A stretch of DNA of 62,979 bases, filler included, from Choristocarpus tenellus KU-1152 (lineage: Eukaryota > Protista > Phaeophyceae), in assembly GCA_964200185.2 (NCBI GenBank). It is 5 parts of 5 records of this genome, joined end to end, with 100 filler letters (N's around TTAATTAATTAA, not from the genome) between each part and the next. Parts side by side here need not be neighbours in the genome. Positions count along the whole stretch, not along the records: positions 1 to 17,813 come from CAXNAD020000626.1; positions 17,914 to 39,815 come from CAXNAD020000317.1; 3 more parts are not named here. The stretch is one strand, 5' to 3'. Under the pieces are notes generated by a model. It was not told the origin of the DNA, did no database searches, and saw nothing but the letters and a program-made list of their open reading frames with translations. The position numbers and the translations under genes were made by a program. Positions 13,234-26,400 of this stretch are shown here, piece by piece (position 1 is the first letter of the stretch; each line of letters starts with the position of its first letter).

Positions 13234-15182
13234 AGATCTAAGTCAGATACATACTTCCATGTTTGATTCATCCTCCACTGAGAAGGGAGTCTAAATCACA
13301 TGTAGCATCATATCTGCTCGAGTTTGGGAAAAAAATCCCCTTGGTTCCAGAGTGCTTTACGAATTGCTTATTGGCAATGCGATACAGGTAGGGGTCATGT
13401 TTTTGTTGGCCCCAGAGTCACACAGAATTGCAATACTAAGATCTCATTGTCAGATTCGTTCAGTCCTTTTTTGCTGCAGCATGAGGGGGGATGTTTTAGT
13501 AAACCTTGCTCTCGTGTGATGGAATGATAGAGCACACAACACAAACATACAGCTGTGCTTTACTGCTTAGACCATGAAAATGAAATTACTTAGTGCTATT
13601 TCTAGTCATTATAATTGCAAAAAAGAACAGTAACCAACCCTTGCGCTACGAATGAACACAAATACAACAGCGTTCACCAGTAAAGAAAGTTTATTGTGCT
13701 GTTGCTAATAGTGGCACCATCACCATCAAATATGGACGGAACACAATGGAACCACCCATCCAGCATTTCACACTATGAATACTGATACTCGTGTTCTGTA
13801 CCCACCACCAATGCTTAAGGTACTAATAAATGCACAATGACGAGCATACACGTATTCATTCAGACTTTCAACAAAGCAAACAGGCCGTTGAACTAATCCA
13901 AGCCACTACAAAATACTCTTGAAAAAGAGGATATATCAAAACATGTAACTACCACTACTCACTGCTGTACCTTTTGTTGCTAACTCTTTCAATGAAAGCT
14001 ACGCCTATCCTTCCAAGTACGGACGTTTGCGAGGGCCCCTGTACCAGTTCAATTCTAATCCAACCCTCCTACAACCACTTGGCAAATCACCTTGCTAATT
14101 GTGATATACTCATCATAGTACAGACAAGTCTGTGATGCGGTCATGATGGCAAATCGACATAACTTACTATTTCCTTACTAACAAACATAAACATACAAAA
14201 CAACAGTAGCAATCCCTCCCCTAACCGAAAAAAGAAAAATCGAAAAAATATACTCCCAGCACTTCTTTTTTTTTCCTAACTACAAAACAAGGCCATTTTT
14301 TTCTGATGCAGGCCACCTTGGCCTTCCTCCACCGCCCTAACGCCATTGCCACACATGCCGACTGGATGCAACACAAAGAAAATACCTAATTTTTACCAAT
14401 GAAACCCACTCACTCATGTTGCGTGAACAGGTTCCGACAAGACAAAAAAAAATCCCTGCCTATTTTACTTCAGACCTCTTGACACATTGTCATGTGCAGG
14501 GGCAAAGAGAATGAGGCACGCTCTTGCACGAAATTTGTAGACCCATATAAGACTTCAAAATACAAGGAAAATAGGTCACGCAGGGATCCACTCTTCTTCC
14601 TTCATGCTGTCCCAGCATTCGCAGAGAATGAGTGAATCAAGTCACAAAGCTAAGCAGAAAAGGGTGCACCAACCTGGTTCTACCATGACACTGGCCAAAA
14701 CTATGCATGGTCTGAGAATTCACAACAGCTTCTACTTATAACAGTCTATGTCATCACTGGAAATACAGCATGTACTTCAAGCAATGAGAAAAACATACAG
14801 TGGGGATATGTGAAAAACAAAGATTAGGATGTATCATGGGATGGAAAGGGAAGGTCAAGTCATATCTTATTCTCAAAATTAAATTGGGAAATAAATGACC
14901 GGAGCATATCAAAATCAAGTACAAGACAAGTATACCAAGTTGCAGGGTTCTTATTGGCTGCATGGTGAGGCCACAAGAAACACAGGAACAAAAGGAAGAT
15001 GCAGGCTCGACACAAGAATGGTTGGTTGGTCACCCCCAGCACGAATACAGAAAGAAATAGGATTGCACAACAGCATGTGAATCCAATTTACAACTGCCGT
15101 ATTGATGCAACAAGCCACACATCTAACTCCCCACTCTCTTAGTCTCTTCCTGCACTACTTACCCTCCCCCCCCTCCTCAGCC

Positions 15183-17713
15183 TCAAACATCGTAACCTTC
15201 ATCCTCATCGTCCGACTCATCCTCTTCTCCACAGCCACATGATGCACGACACTCTCTGATAGTGTTCATGAGAAGGCAGCACGAGCACAAGAGGAGGCCC
15301 AACAGTAGCCAACTGCCATATGGTATCTAGAGGGCGGTAAGGGCATCATCATACAGGGAGGAATAAGACAGGGGAAAATAAAAATATCTTAGATCAGTAA
15401 GAGTAGTATCTTTTATATCAATCAGAACAATCTTTCTGGGCCTAGGCACAAGAAACATCCAACACATACATTTAGAGATGTGAATTTGGAGGGTTAAAAT
15501 AAGTCCTCCTCCCCACACCCTGTCCATCAAATTAAAATGCACCTGCAAAGAAATGGAAATGACATCGAAGATAGATGGGCCTGCAAAGAAGAAGATGGCT
15601 GCCGTGCCCATACAGCACAGCACACCCAAGAACTTGTACAACAGCCCTTCTCCAAAGCACGTCTTGATGAGGTACAGAGGGTTCAGCATCTGTGTGAGAT
15701 CTGGCCGGCCCTCTGGCTGCATCAAGGTCGGGAACGAGTTCGGTGCCTCCCGTCCAAACCCTGCATTGCGAGCTTCAGCCGCCTCGCATGGAAGGAGTTC
15801 CAGGCCCATGAGCATCTGCCCTACAACCACAGTGCGCATAGAACCGTTCTTGGCCCTCTCTGTCTTCTGCAGAGGGATCCACCTAGAGTACAATGGGTCT
15901 GGGCCGAGGCCCATTCCATCCTTCACCTGACCCCACATGGTCAGCTTCTTCTTCTTCTTTCTCTGGGTTTCCTCATATGCTGACGTTGACTGCCCCATTG
16001 ACATAGAGCTCCCCCCACCTCCACCCATGGTTCCAGCACTACCCATAGGCCCAGCAGTCCCGGCCGAAACACCACTTGAACCACCGCCAACACCTACAGC
16101 ACCAGAGCCAGTACTAGACCCGCTCCCCCTGAACCTCACACCTGCCTTCACACCAAGTATCCCCCTCGAGATTGAACCTGATCCCTCCTCCCTCGAAGTT
16201 GACTCTGTTGACAATCCTCGTGATGTCTGTCCACTAGCCCCTCCTGCCTCCGCACTCAAAAGCCCTGTCTTTTCATCAACTGGAGAGGTGTCAGGAGAAA
16301 TTCCTCCAGTCTCAATATCTCTTGTCCCTGCCCCATTGAACACACTTTGAGCAGTACCGTACCCTACAGTACTGGTTGGCTTGGGACTGGTACTGCTGCT
16401 TCTGATGTCAGTCCGATCTGGTGAGCAAAGTACTCTTCCACCAATTCTGTCCACTGTGTTCCCTATCCTGTCAGCAGCAGCTTGAGCACGTTGGGCTGCA
16501 GCCGTAGCAGTGTTAACAGCATTGCGTAACTTAGAAGGCTCCTCCACCTCAGGCTCAAAGAACTGGATGATCTCGTTCTTGACAAAGCCGCGTTGGATGA
16601 AGGAAGAGAGATCAAAGATCTGCTCCAGGAGCATGTCATTTCGCAGCAGGTCGAAGTCCCATATCTGTCTCATCGGATATTCGAAGTGGGATGCAATATG
16701 TTTGTATAATGCACAAAGGGGGGAGGTAGGGCACAGCAGAGGTAGTAATTGTAGGGGGATGGTAGTTGAGATTATGTAAATTGTTAGGAGGATGAATTAT
16801 GTAAAGAAGGCAAACACTACACTACAACAGGAGAGGACAAAAAATAAAATACTTTATCACAAACATCAACTAGAGTTGCAGTGTGTAACAGAGAATACGT
16901 CTGCAATATATCAGCGGACACGATAGTACATCAAGCATTAACACATGGTGCTGTGTTTGTAGATTTCAATTTTTCCGTAAGCGTACCACTGGATGGTTAG
17001 GGTTAGGGTTAGATGGTACACTTAAGTAAAATCCACTCCAACAAGGAATGGTATGGTTGTGGTATAGTCAAGGTAATAACAAGACAGTACAATCATTGCA
17101 CTAAAATACTATCTGGAAAGTAGGTTATTATAGGGCTAAAACCATACCTAGCCAGGGACCCACAGCATAATTGGGGAGTACTCACGCCTGTGCATGCCAT
17201 TTCAATGTCTACATAGTTCCAACGCTCTGGCAGACATTTCCGTTGATAGGGTCGTGGTGTAGGCCAACTGCGGACATTTTTCTGTAGTCATAACTGTGAA
17301 AAAAAAAGCCAGTATTCCTAATAGTGCGGACCCCCAGATTTACCTCATTTTCAGTGCCAAACCCAAACCTACAGACCATCAACTTCATGATCGCTGTAAT
17401 TGCTGACCCTCTATACTACATAATGTAAAATTGCATCCAAATAGTTAATATATAACAAAATCATTAATAATGCAAGTAGCTTTTTAAAATAACTTTTTAA
17501 ATTGCCGGGGAAAAAAGTGAAAACAAATTTATAATTTTAAACTCTCTTCTCTCCCTGCGCACCTGAATGTTAAGCTGGCTTGATCCCTCCTTGTTCATGG
17601 GTAGTTCCATGTCAAACTTGAACCTCCAGTTAAAGCTTGCTCTAGTTTGAGCCCTCAGGTGGGTGTCAGACTCTTGCCAGTGCTTGTTGACTCCAAGCTT
17701 GCACCTGATGAAC
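15183..17713 (-). CDS. Ferlin-like C2-domain membrane protein, last three exons (17713-17563, 16664-15543, 15326-15183)
   Basis: The spliced product FIRCKLGVNKHWQESDTHLRAQTRASFNWRFKFDMELP...LNIQ|IWDFDLLRNDMLLE...GQMLMGLELL...AEARNAGFGREAPNSFPTLMQPEGRP matches the ferlin terminal C2 and Ferlin_C motifs (Q.TD.H...FNWRF.F; QIWD.D; G.GR..PN..P.L..P.R). Hydrophobic segments and a TGA follow. Splice sites are canonical and phases agree. The 5' part is missing at the gap at 17814. Confidence 0.88.
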
Positions 17714-17813
17714 CTATTGGGGGGGGGGGGGGGGGGGTATTATGGGATGGGAAGGGAAGCCGTGGATTAAAAAAGGTGTCACTGGGGGCATTCAAAATCC
17801 ACCAATAAAAAAA

Positions 17814-17913
17814 NNNNNNNNNNNNNNNNNNNNNNNNNNNNNNNNNNNNNNNNNNNNTTAATTAATTAANNNNNNNNNNNNNNNNNNNNNNNNNNNNNNN
17901 NNNNNNNNNNNNN
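17814..17913. other. Assembly gap with artificial TTAATTAATTAA linker (same at 39816-39915, 55450-55549, 59127-59226)
   Basis: Identical 100-nt N-linker-N structure four times. The linker has stop codons in all six frames. Confidence 0.97.
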
Positions 17914-17996
17914 CGAGGTATACCAGATCACAGGAATATTAGAAAATCATTTATAAAAAAGCCAAATGCACCTGAGTAGTCTACATATTTCTATTA

Positions 17997-18247
17997 GAGT
18001 GGAAGTATCTTAGCGGATACTAGTTTTTCCCTTTTTCGTCCATTTGAGGCTTGGCTTCCCACAGGTATTTAATTACATCTTATCTACTCCAAAATTAGGT
18101 TAAATGTATACGTTGTAAAAAGGAGTGTCCGGAACACGGATGTCGACATCCCCTAACAAACATGATACCCAAAATTACATCAAAATTGCAACATTAGATT
18201 TTGGCCCCCAAATGGACGCGGCTCTACCCTCCAACATACTTAGACTC
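17997..18247 (+). mobile_element. MITE family A copy 3
   Basis: Same TIRs and body, more diverged. Confidence 0.88.
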
Positions 18248-21179
18248 TATATCAAGGTTTGGGATTCTGCACGTTCTTTAAGAAGGTCATCCTCTCCCTG
18301 CCATCCGGAGACACTGGAGCTCCCTTTCCCACCAGTAAGAATATATATTTCACAGATCAAGGCAACTACCAGTATGCTTGCCTTACAGGGAAGTAGATCT
18401 CATCTTGCCCTCTCAGCTTACAATATTCGTAAGTCATGCGACGTACACTGGATTCCATATTTTCCGCTTCCAACTGAGTGGGGTGAAAATACAACAGCCA
18501 CATGAATGCAAACAACAAAAGAACAATGCATCACATTAGGTAGTTGTTGAGCAAGCGTTACAAAAAAGGCATGTGCTTCAATCTAGTCTTGCTGAGAAGA
18601 ACGACAACTCTCATTTGCATCTTATCTTAAAAATCCTGTGCCTTTGAGTGGGAGTCCGGAATTTGGAAACACTGTAGAACCTACTATCAAAAAAATATGT
18701 TCTGTACTATTGTTGCCATATCGTTCATATTTATCGCCACGTGTTGTCATGCTTTCACATCTCTACTTCTTAACCACAGTGGGCAACTAGGCCTGGGGAT
18801 CAATTTTAGGGGAAAGATTTCATACATATTAGATCATTTCGGGTCTTCCTTACATTTCCAATATCTGGTTTTTTAGTCCAAACATTGATTACGGCATTAC
18901 GCAATCCATATTCCTTCCAATCAGCAATTCATACAAGCAAACCTTACGGCTTAAAAAAGCAAGCAAGTACTCAATATATGCACAAAGTATCACTTGGCCC
19001 CTTCATCTAGGCTTTGAAATCAGCATGCGCACGCATCAATCCAAACATGTGTATATTTGGTAATTTCTCAGTGACTAATTGACTCACAATGGCGATGAAA
19101 ACTAAACACTATCGTACTCTTCAAACAAAAAAACTAAACTAAACTAAACACTATTGTAGGTACTGCCACACACAGCAAGTTTTGATATCTTGAGCTAGTC
19201 CTGCCATACCTATATGCAGGACGGCAATATCGTTTGGGGGTCCTGAACAACCAAATGTTTTCCAAATAGATACAGTTCTTCCATATCAACTTTTTCAGCA
19301 TGGCACTCTTATTTAAAGTCCTGCAAAATGGTGCATGCAGAGTATAACAATCGAAGTATGCACAAGTTATACCCCCACTTCGCCTGTAATAATATATATA
19401 TGCTGTGTGCAAGATTTTGAAGTGGTTCTGGGGTTGTCACACGAGCAGAAGACAACTAGCATTATGACGCTACACAATCAGTTACAAGGTATGAGTTGGG
19501 AAAACGGCCACAGTGATGATAAATTTAACATTGCCTTGCAACTACTTTAAAACAATTGCAATATTTGTTGCTCATTCATTCCTGTGCTGGCAAGGTTTGA
19601 GATAGTGGTCCGACAGTGTACGTAGCTCTACTTCCGATCATGTATTTTAGGGACCTGAGAATAGATTATCCGTTCATGCATTATATTGGTACTTGTAATC
19701 CAGTCATAGTATTATTTCCTGGTTATCCATGTGGACGTTGCAAATCCCACACAGCAGTCTACATCAGTCTCACCCCATGAGTTCAGCCCCTAGAATTGAG
19801 ACCATAAGCCCCTCGAAACATTAACATTACATATTCACACCAACAAGCATTGTCCTCTACCAAGGCACACGATTGATCATCTTAACCGCAGGTCCAGTGT
19901 GGTATACTTAAACAACATCACACAATCGTGACATTCCAAGTGACATTACTAGGTGATGTGACTACGAATAACCACCGTACAGGAGGATTACATCATGTCC
20001 TAAGTTCAAACTTTGACTGGGGTGGAGTCTGTCAAGATTGCATGCATGTAGAACATCAAGGGCCGAATTATGAAAGAAAGTCTACACCTACAACATCAAA
20101 CACTGTCTGCGCCCTCTTCTCTTCGTCAATATATTCTCACAAGCACAACGCTACGATTTGTGCCCCAGTCCCACTCCACATCCCTGTACCACAACCGTAT
20201 CAAGACAAAACGAGCATCTCTCGGCTCACCTTTATTCCATCAGCCATGTCAAGACCCCTTAAAAGCTCCAAGTAAGTCATGTTCTGCTGAGCAGGCTGGA
20301 ACTCCTCTTCACAGTTTCAAAAGTAGCAACAAGGGTCAAAAGGTTGAATTAAATTATTGTTGGGAGGGAAAACACAATAGTGTAAACAACCTACCAATTC
20401 CTTTATATGACTGAAATGTCATCACACTTGGATTCAGAATATCACGTATGGATAAGACACAAAAAAAATGGTTTCTAAACTACTTTCACCATCGTCATGC
20501 TTACCACATATTCATTCACCTGGAAAGATTGTATCATAGTGGCGACCGGTTGCATTCTCCCATCGTTCAGTTCCCCTCAAATGGTAGTTATATGCTATAA
20601 CGAGAAGAGGGTCAAGTGTGCACCAAAGGTTTGCAATAGAACACAAGAACAGTGGATGAGAGTGGAGAGTTGAAATGTATCGCAGCAATGGGAACTAGTA
20701 TACATAAACCGTGTATCATCAACCATAAAAGCTAAACTTGGTGGCATCCTGTGAGGCTGAAATCTTTACATGAGAAACAATTGAGGACAATTTTGCAAGT
20801 CAATGGACTCACGTTGGTCAACACTTCTGCCTTGGACGTCGCACGCATATCTTTCCTCTGTTAGAGGGCATACCAACCTTATAATCCAATCTAAGCAGCC
20901 ATATTTACTATTCTTACTAGGCTACTCTATCATTCCAAGACTCTGTTAGTGGCAAGAAAACTCAAAGATGAGTTGATCTCTTCCTCACCAGAGTTCACAT
21001 TCATTGCTCCACAAAATGTTTCAATACACCCTCTTAATCTTAAGTGCAGAGAGCTCGGATAGCTCTTCTACTATGTAGAAGACTTAAACAATTACATGAC
21101 AAGTCAGATTTTAATGTGCAAAATACAACGGAAATACGGCAGTGGGCAAATGGGAACGGGGATAAGGTACTCATAAAAT

Positions 21180-22497
21180 CAGCACATAAAATTGGAAATA
21201 TCAAAATCTTACAAGGAGGCCCATTTTCGATGGCATGACAATACCTGCAACACAGTACAATATTTAGTAACAATGAACTTTTTTCGCCGCTACAAAATAC
21301 CTACGTTGCACCACATATCGACACTTACAAGTCTCCTAATGTTCCTAGCCTTCGAACCTCACAAAATCATCACGTTGCATCAGAAATATCAAAATCTCAC
21401 ATGGAGGTCCATCGCCAATCCTCACACAATGCCCACATCACACTAGAACATATATATACACTAATGTTGAACTTCTTTCGCCGTTACACAATACCTACGT
21501 CACACCACCGCATATCGGCACATAGAAGTCTCCTAATGTTTCCTAACCTTCGAACCTCACAAAATCAGCACGTTGCATCAGAAACGCACAAAAATATCAC
21601 CAGGAGGCCATCTTCGATGCTCACACAATGCCTATATCACACTAGAAAATGTATACACTCTCATGTTGAACTTCTTTTGTCGCCACAAAGTTCCTAGGTC
21701 GCACCACATATCGACATTTTGTGTGCAAATTTACCTTGGGAGGTAATACTATTTATCAGTAGTGAAGACAAGAAGGTGTGAAGCCTCACACGACCCCCTT
21801 CGCTGAACGTGAAAGAAAGGATGGTTGAAACTAGAAGAGTGACCTTTGTGGGGTGTCTTCTCATTACTTGTTTTTTATTATTTGTGCTTCCTACAGAAGT
21901 ACATATTCCATTCATAATTTTGATGTAGTTTCTCATTAGTTACATCACATGGACTCAATCAAAATGGTTATCTCTCATACATAAAATAAGGTGCACCTCA
22001 CTATTGTCCTATTTTGCACATTTTGAACTCTCCTAACGCTCCTAACCCCTGAACCTTCCACAATCAGCACATCGTATCAGAATTCACAAATATCACAAGG
22101 AAGTCCATCTTCGATTGCATGACAATGCCTTTATTGTACTAGAATATATACATAACTCTCATGTTGAATTTCTTACTCCGCTACAAAATACCTACTTCGC
22201 AACACATATCGACACTTTAAAGTCTCCTGATGTTCCTAACCTTCGAACCTTACAAAATCAGCACATCGCATCAGAAATGAACAAATCTCACCAGGAGGAT
22301 CATCTTCGATAATCACACAATTCCTACATTGCACTAGAATATATATAACGCTTTAATGTTCAACTTCTTTCGCAGTTACAAAATACCTACGTTGCACCAC
22401 GTATCAATATGTCTCGTAATGCTCCTAACCTTACAACCTTACAAAACGCGAATATCCGATCAAAAATGCACAAATCCTACAAGGAGGCCCATCTTGC
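21180..22497. repeat. Tandem satellite with a ~195-bp unit (~6 diverged copies), interrupted by an unrelated ~290-bp segment at ~21720-22010
   Basis: caaaatacctacgttgcaccacatatcgacac...gtctcctaatgttcctaaccttcgaacctcacaaaatcagcac recurs at ~21293, 21488, 21686, 22183 and 22379. Confidence 0.9.
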
Positions 22498-23002
22498 AGC
22501 AGTGCACGGGGTAGATCCCCTGTCTTCGGGAGTCCCCACAGTCCATGGGGAACCCCCATTGTCCTACTTTTCCTCCTTAGGGTCATTCTTAAAACACAGG
22601 TTGAGGTTAGGGCTAGGGTAGAAGTTAGATTCTCGAAAAAGGGTGTGAAAAAGTGAAAAGTGGTAGATCTTTTTGAGGTAGTCGTTCCTTGGCGCGTACA
22701 ATACCCTTCACCAACTCTTCAAGAATATATGCTTTAATGGTTAGGGATATTTATTACAGACAAGTTAGGGATAGGGTTACTGGTAACTTCGAGAATATTC
22801 GCTGATCCCATCCAGGTTGACCCATTATATTTTCCATATACAGATGCGTTTTCAGTAAATAATTATTTGCTTCTAAATTACTTCAAGGAGGGTGTGAATG
22901 TATCATTTCACTCTATGTGACTGACACATGTTAGGTAGCGCCACACACAGAGTACATCCAACATGCATAAATAAATGTATATATAATTCCCTCTATCGCC
23001 AT

Positions 23003-23491
23003 CTAACCACCAGAGTCGCTTTCATCGAGATCATTCTCAAAATCGTCTTTGTAACTATCATCCAATCGTCTCATCTGAACCTCTTCTCCCCGTTTTCCCT
23101 CTTCCCTCACATTGTCCTCTCTCATGTCACTCTGTTGTTCCTCCCCACCCCCTCGGGTTGCTACTTCCACTCCCTGTGTACCTCCCTGAACATATATTTC
23201 GTCTGCATCATAATCACAGGTTGTTTTCCTTCTTTGACCCCATCTTGCACTACCAGGACTCTCAGGGACACTACTATCTATTGTGTGGGGAATGTTGTTC
23301 GGACTACCCCTGCTATCGTGGTTCGCTGTTGGGATGTTGCTGGTGACGAGTACTACCATTGAGGGGGTCGTGGCTGGAGGGACGTCAGAGGTTCTTTTTT
23401 GTGTGTTCTCGATCATGGACGTACTGGATTCATTCTCCTCCGATTCCTCCTGTTGATGGCCGTGTTCAGGGAAGAGATGGTTACTTGCACA
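23003..23491 (-). CDS. Terminal exon of giant gene (acidic tail)
   Basis: TAG| acceptor in phase 0, in frame with the 137-aa ORF that ends DDFENDLDESDSGG*. Confidence 0.7.
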   Translation of the reverse strand, partial: CASNHLFPEHGHQQEESEENESSTSMIENTQKRTSDVPPATTPSMVVLVTSNIPTANHDSRGSPNNIPHTIDSSVPESPGSARWGQRRKTTCDYDADEIYVQGGTQGVEVATRGGGEEQQSDMREDNVREEGKRGEEVQMRRLDDSYKDDFENDLDESDSGG

Positions 23492-26400
23492 CTATAAACC
23501 TCATGTGTGTGTGTGTGTTTCAACATTTCTACAAGTCCTGTCCCATGATCTCTCTCTACTCTGTATCAAAACAATATGGTGCCATATGACACTGTGAACA
23601 AGGCAAAGGTACTTTTCATTGTTTTGCGTTGCGCAAGTGATCATAAATCATAGAGGTACTACAACATGACAAACTGAAAAGATCTGGTCATATAAATGGA
23701 AATTGATACATCTGCTCCCAAGGCACTGTCGCCCACCTACACAAACCTTCTTCCTGTCCTCAGCTACATATAGTGTCCCTCCCCCTTTGCACTTCCCTGC
23801 TGATCTTCCATTGCTAACTTGCCTGAGCAAAGTATGATGCATAGCCATCGCTAGTTGAAGTCACATCATTGCCATGACTTTCTGTTCTCACTGTTACCGC
23901 CCTGTTCAAGTGCAAACTTGTTGTTGTGGTCTGGGCCCTTTTGACTTTTTCTGTGTCTTTGCCATCTCTCCCCCTCTCCTTGGCCACGGTTGTCGGTATA
24001 TCTTCACCCTCTCCACTTCGATTCAGTGAGAGAGAGCCTTCTTTCTTGAAACCGCTGCACCTGCCAACACTGTTGCTGCAACAGCTATCACTAAAGTCGG
24101 CAGCATAATCCTCAAGGAGTCCTTCCATTTTGTCCTCGTTGTTGAACTCGACGGAAGTCAGCGAGGTTAAGGGCATGGGCCTGGGCATGTGTTGCACGTC
24201 CGCCACTGAACTGTGACTATTTATCCTGTCACTGACGAAATGCTTTTTCTGAGGATTCCTTGTTTCTTCTTCTTCCTCTTCATTTTTATTTTCCTCATCT
24301 CCATTACCAACCCAACATCTATCAGAGTGCATCAGAGCTTCTCCCAGCAAGGCCTTTCCAATGGCCTCAAGTCCAGTTTCAGCCTTTTCCTGTCCCTCGC
24401 CAATAGATGATCCAGCCTCTATGGTACTTGCCCTTCTCACTGCCTTTGCAATCTCCACAACATCTTCCCCCTTCTTTCGACTTAATGGTTCCGGCAGAGA
24501 ACTGACTTTGACCGGTGAAATATCAAAGGTAGTGTCCTTGTCAAATCCTTTTAGAGTTTCTGACAATGGATTCATACAGACGTCCATATCTCTCATATCC
24601 TCTTTCAACCCATCAGAGCTGCATTTCTGTTCCTTGCATGGAAAATCATTGGCACAATGAGGCACTAAATCAGGGTCTTCCTCCATCGACAACAAGGATG
24701 ATGTTGTGTCTTTGTGCCTTCCTCCGATACTTGCCTGCTTGTCGCTCTCTTTCCTACATGGGGTCTTGGTCTGTTCATCATTGTGGTTATCCTCGTTGGG
24801 ATCCCCTTTGATCACTCGCTCGACAATCCTTGGGTAGATACCTGTGGCCTTTCCCCTTGATAACAAAGAAGTGGGCATGGTATGCGATAACATGAGAGAC
24901 ATGTCAGAGTCTGCGAATTCAACGAATATGCCTGGCTCTGCACCTGGTGTTGTTCCCTGGTGCTGTACACTTTCTACACATCCAGTTAAGGGTTCAGGTT
25001 GTTGCTTCCCTTGCTCCTTTCCCCCTTGTTTTCTTAGTCTCATGGCATCCTCATCATTGTGGCACTGCAGCTGCTCCTCTTTTTCTAGCTCCCCCTTGTT
25101 TTTCCTTACCCCACCCCCTCCCTCACCATGACTCTTCCATATCTTCCTGCCATTTTTCGCTTCTACCACTTCTACTTCCTTCTTCAATTGCAAATCCTTG
25201 GACATGTTCCCTTCCACCTCCATCTCAACCTCCATGTCTCTCTTATCCGCAGTGTTGTTGTCCTCAACAAATGTGGTAGCCCCTACCTCTATTTGTACCC
25301 CTTTACGACTCTCTGGTTCCCTTCTGACCGCCACTCTTGCCAAAGGATCTGAGGTACTACAACGTTCTGCTCTTTTGGTGTTAGTGTTGCCTTCGCCAGT
25401 GATACCACCAGAAGCTTCCACCTGGACTCTTTCATCTAATGCCTTTGCTTCACCCACTACACAATCCCCAGCCACTGCACCAGCATCTGTACCACTATGT
25501 CCATCTTTGTCAGCTACAGTCTGCCAAGCATCTCCTCCGGTGATACCCCCACCTGTATTGTTGAGCCAACAAAAGAGTAGGACTTGGCTGAGGAGAGATT
25601 CATTGTTGGGGGTGGAGGATATCAAGTACGAAATCTGTAGAGGGATCAGCTCTCCTCTTATTTCCCTCCTATTAATATCTCCCCCTGCCCATTGGGGGGA
25701 GGCAATTGGCAAGAAGGCAAAATGCGATCATGACAATGAAATGCTGTGGACAAAAGGCAGAATTGAAGAGTTAGAGGGGGGTGAGGGTTATCTTAGTCCA
25801 ACAGAGCTATTGGCAACTGGAGTGAGATAGTTGAATATTCTATTTATCAAAGGTTAGTTGATAACCGAATTATTCACATAGCTGTGTTTGTACAGAGCTG
25901 AGTCAGAAGAAATAGGGGCAGTACCCACAAGCCGCCCTTCTCTGCCTAACAAAAAAGGTGGTCTCTGGGTTGCACGTCTTGGATAGCACCCCCCTTCTTT
26001 TATGATAACTTGTGTGAAAACAACAGTATGGTTGGAAAGGAGGGGATAGTGGGTCAAGGTAAACGAGAGGTACCCAGAGTTGTATTTTAAGGACGCTGGC
26101 AAATATGTGCAAAATTTGTATTTTTTTTCAAATGTATGTATTATATTATACTAATAGAGTCGAGAAGTTTAAAACAACAGAGAGATCAGCCCTCTCAAGT
26201 CTGACTGAGCGATTCATCTACAGGAATGTGGATGAATTGCAAAAGAACGAAAATCTGGCATGTAATGCAAAGCACCTAAAAAATTGGGTACCTCTCGTTT
26301 AGTTCAGTTCAGTTTTGGGGTGGACGCGTCCTATTGACTGAAGATGTCACAGAGTGATGCACAATTTTGTGCCTGCCAACATATTGTTACCTACCCTTCA

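Noticed and set aside
17858-17869. Palindromic TTAATTAATTAA repeated four times in the window
   Set aside because: It is always centred in a 100-nt N run, so it is a scaffolding linker and not biological.
18125-18505. Recurrent peptide NKHDTQNYIKIATLDFGPQMDAALPS in several ORFs (12862, 18125, 30758, 32734), suggesting a small gene family
   Set aside because: These are translations of MITE family A. The frames break differently in each copy.
20813-20857. 45-nt minus-strand exon candidate (CAG|...|GTGAGT) as an upstream ferlin exon
   Set aside because: No frame gives a recognisable ferlin motif, and it is separated from the gene by a gap.
21180-22497. Possible CRISPR-like array
   Set aside because: Whole ~195-bp units repeat with no unique spacers, the context is eukaryotic and there are no cas genes.
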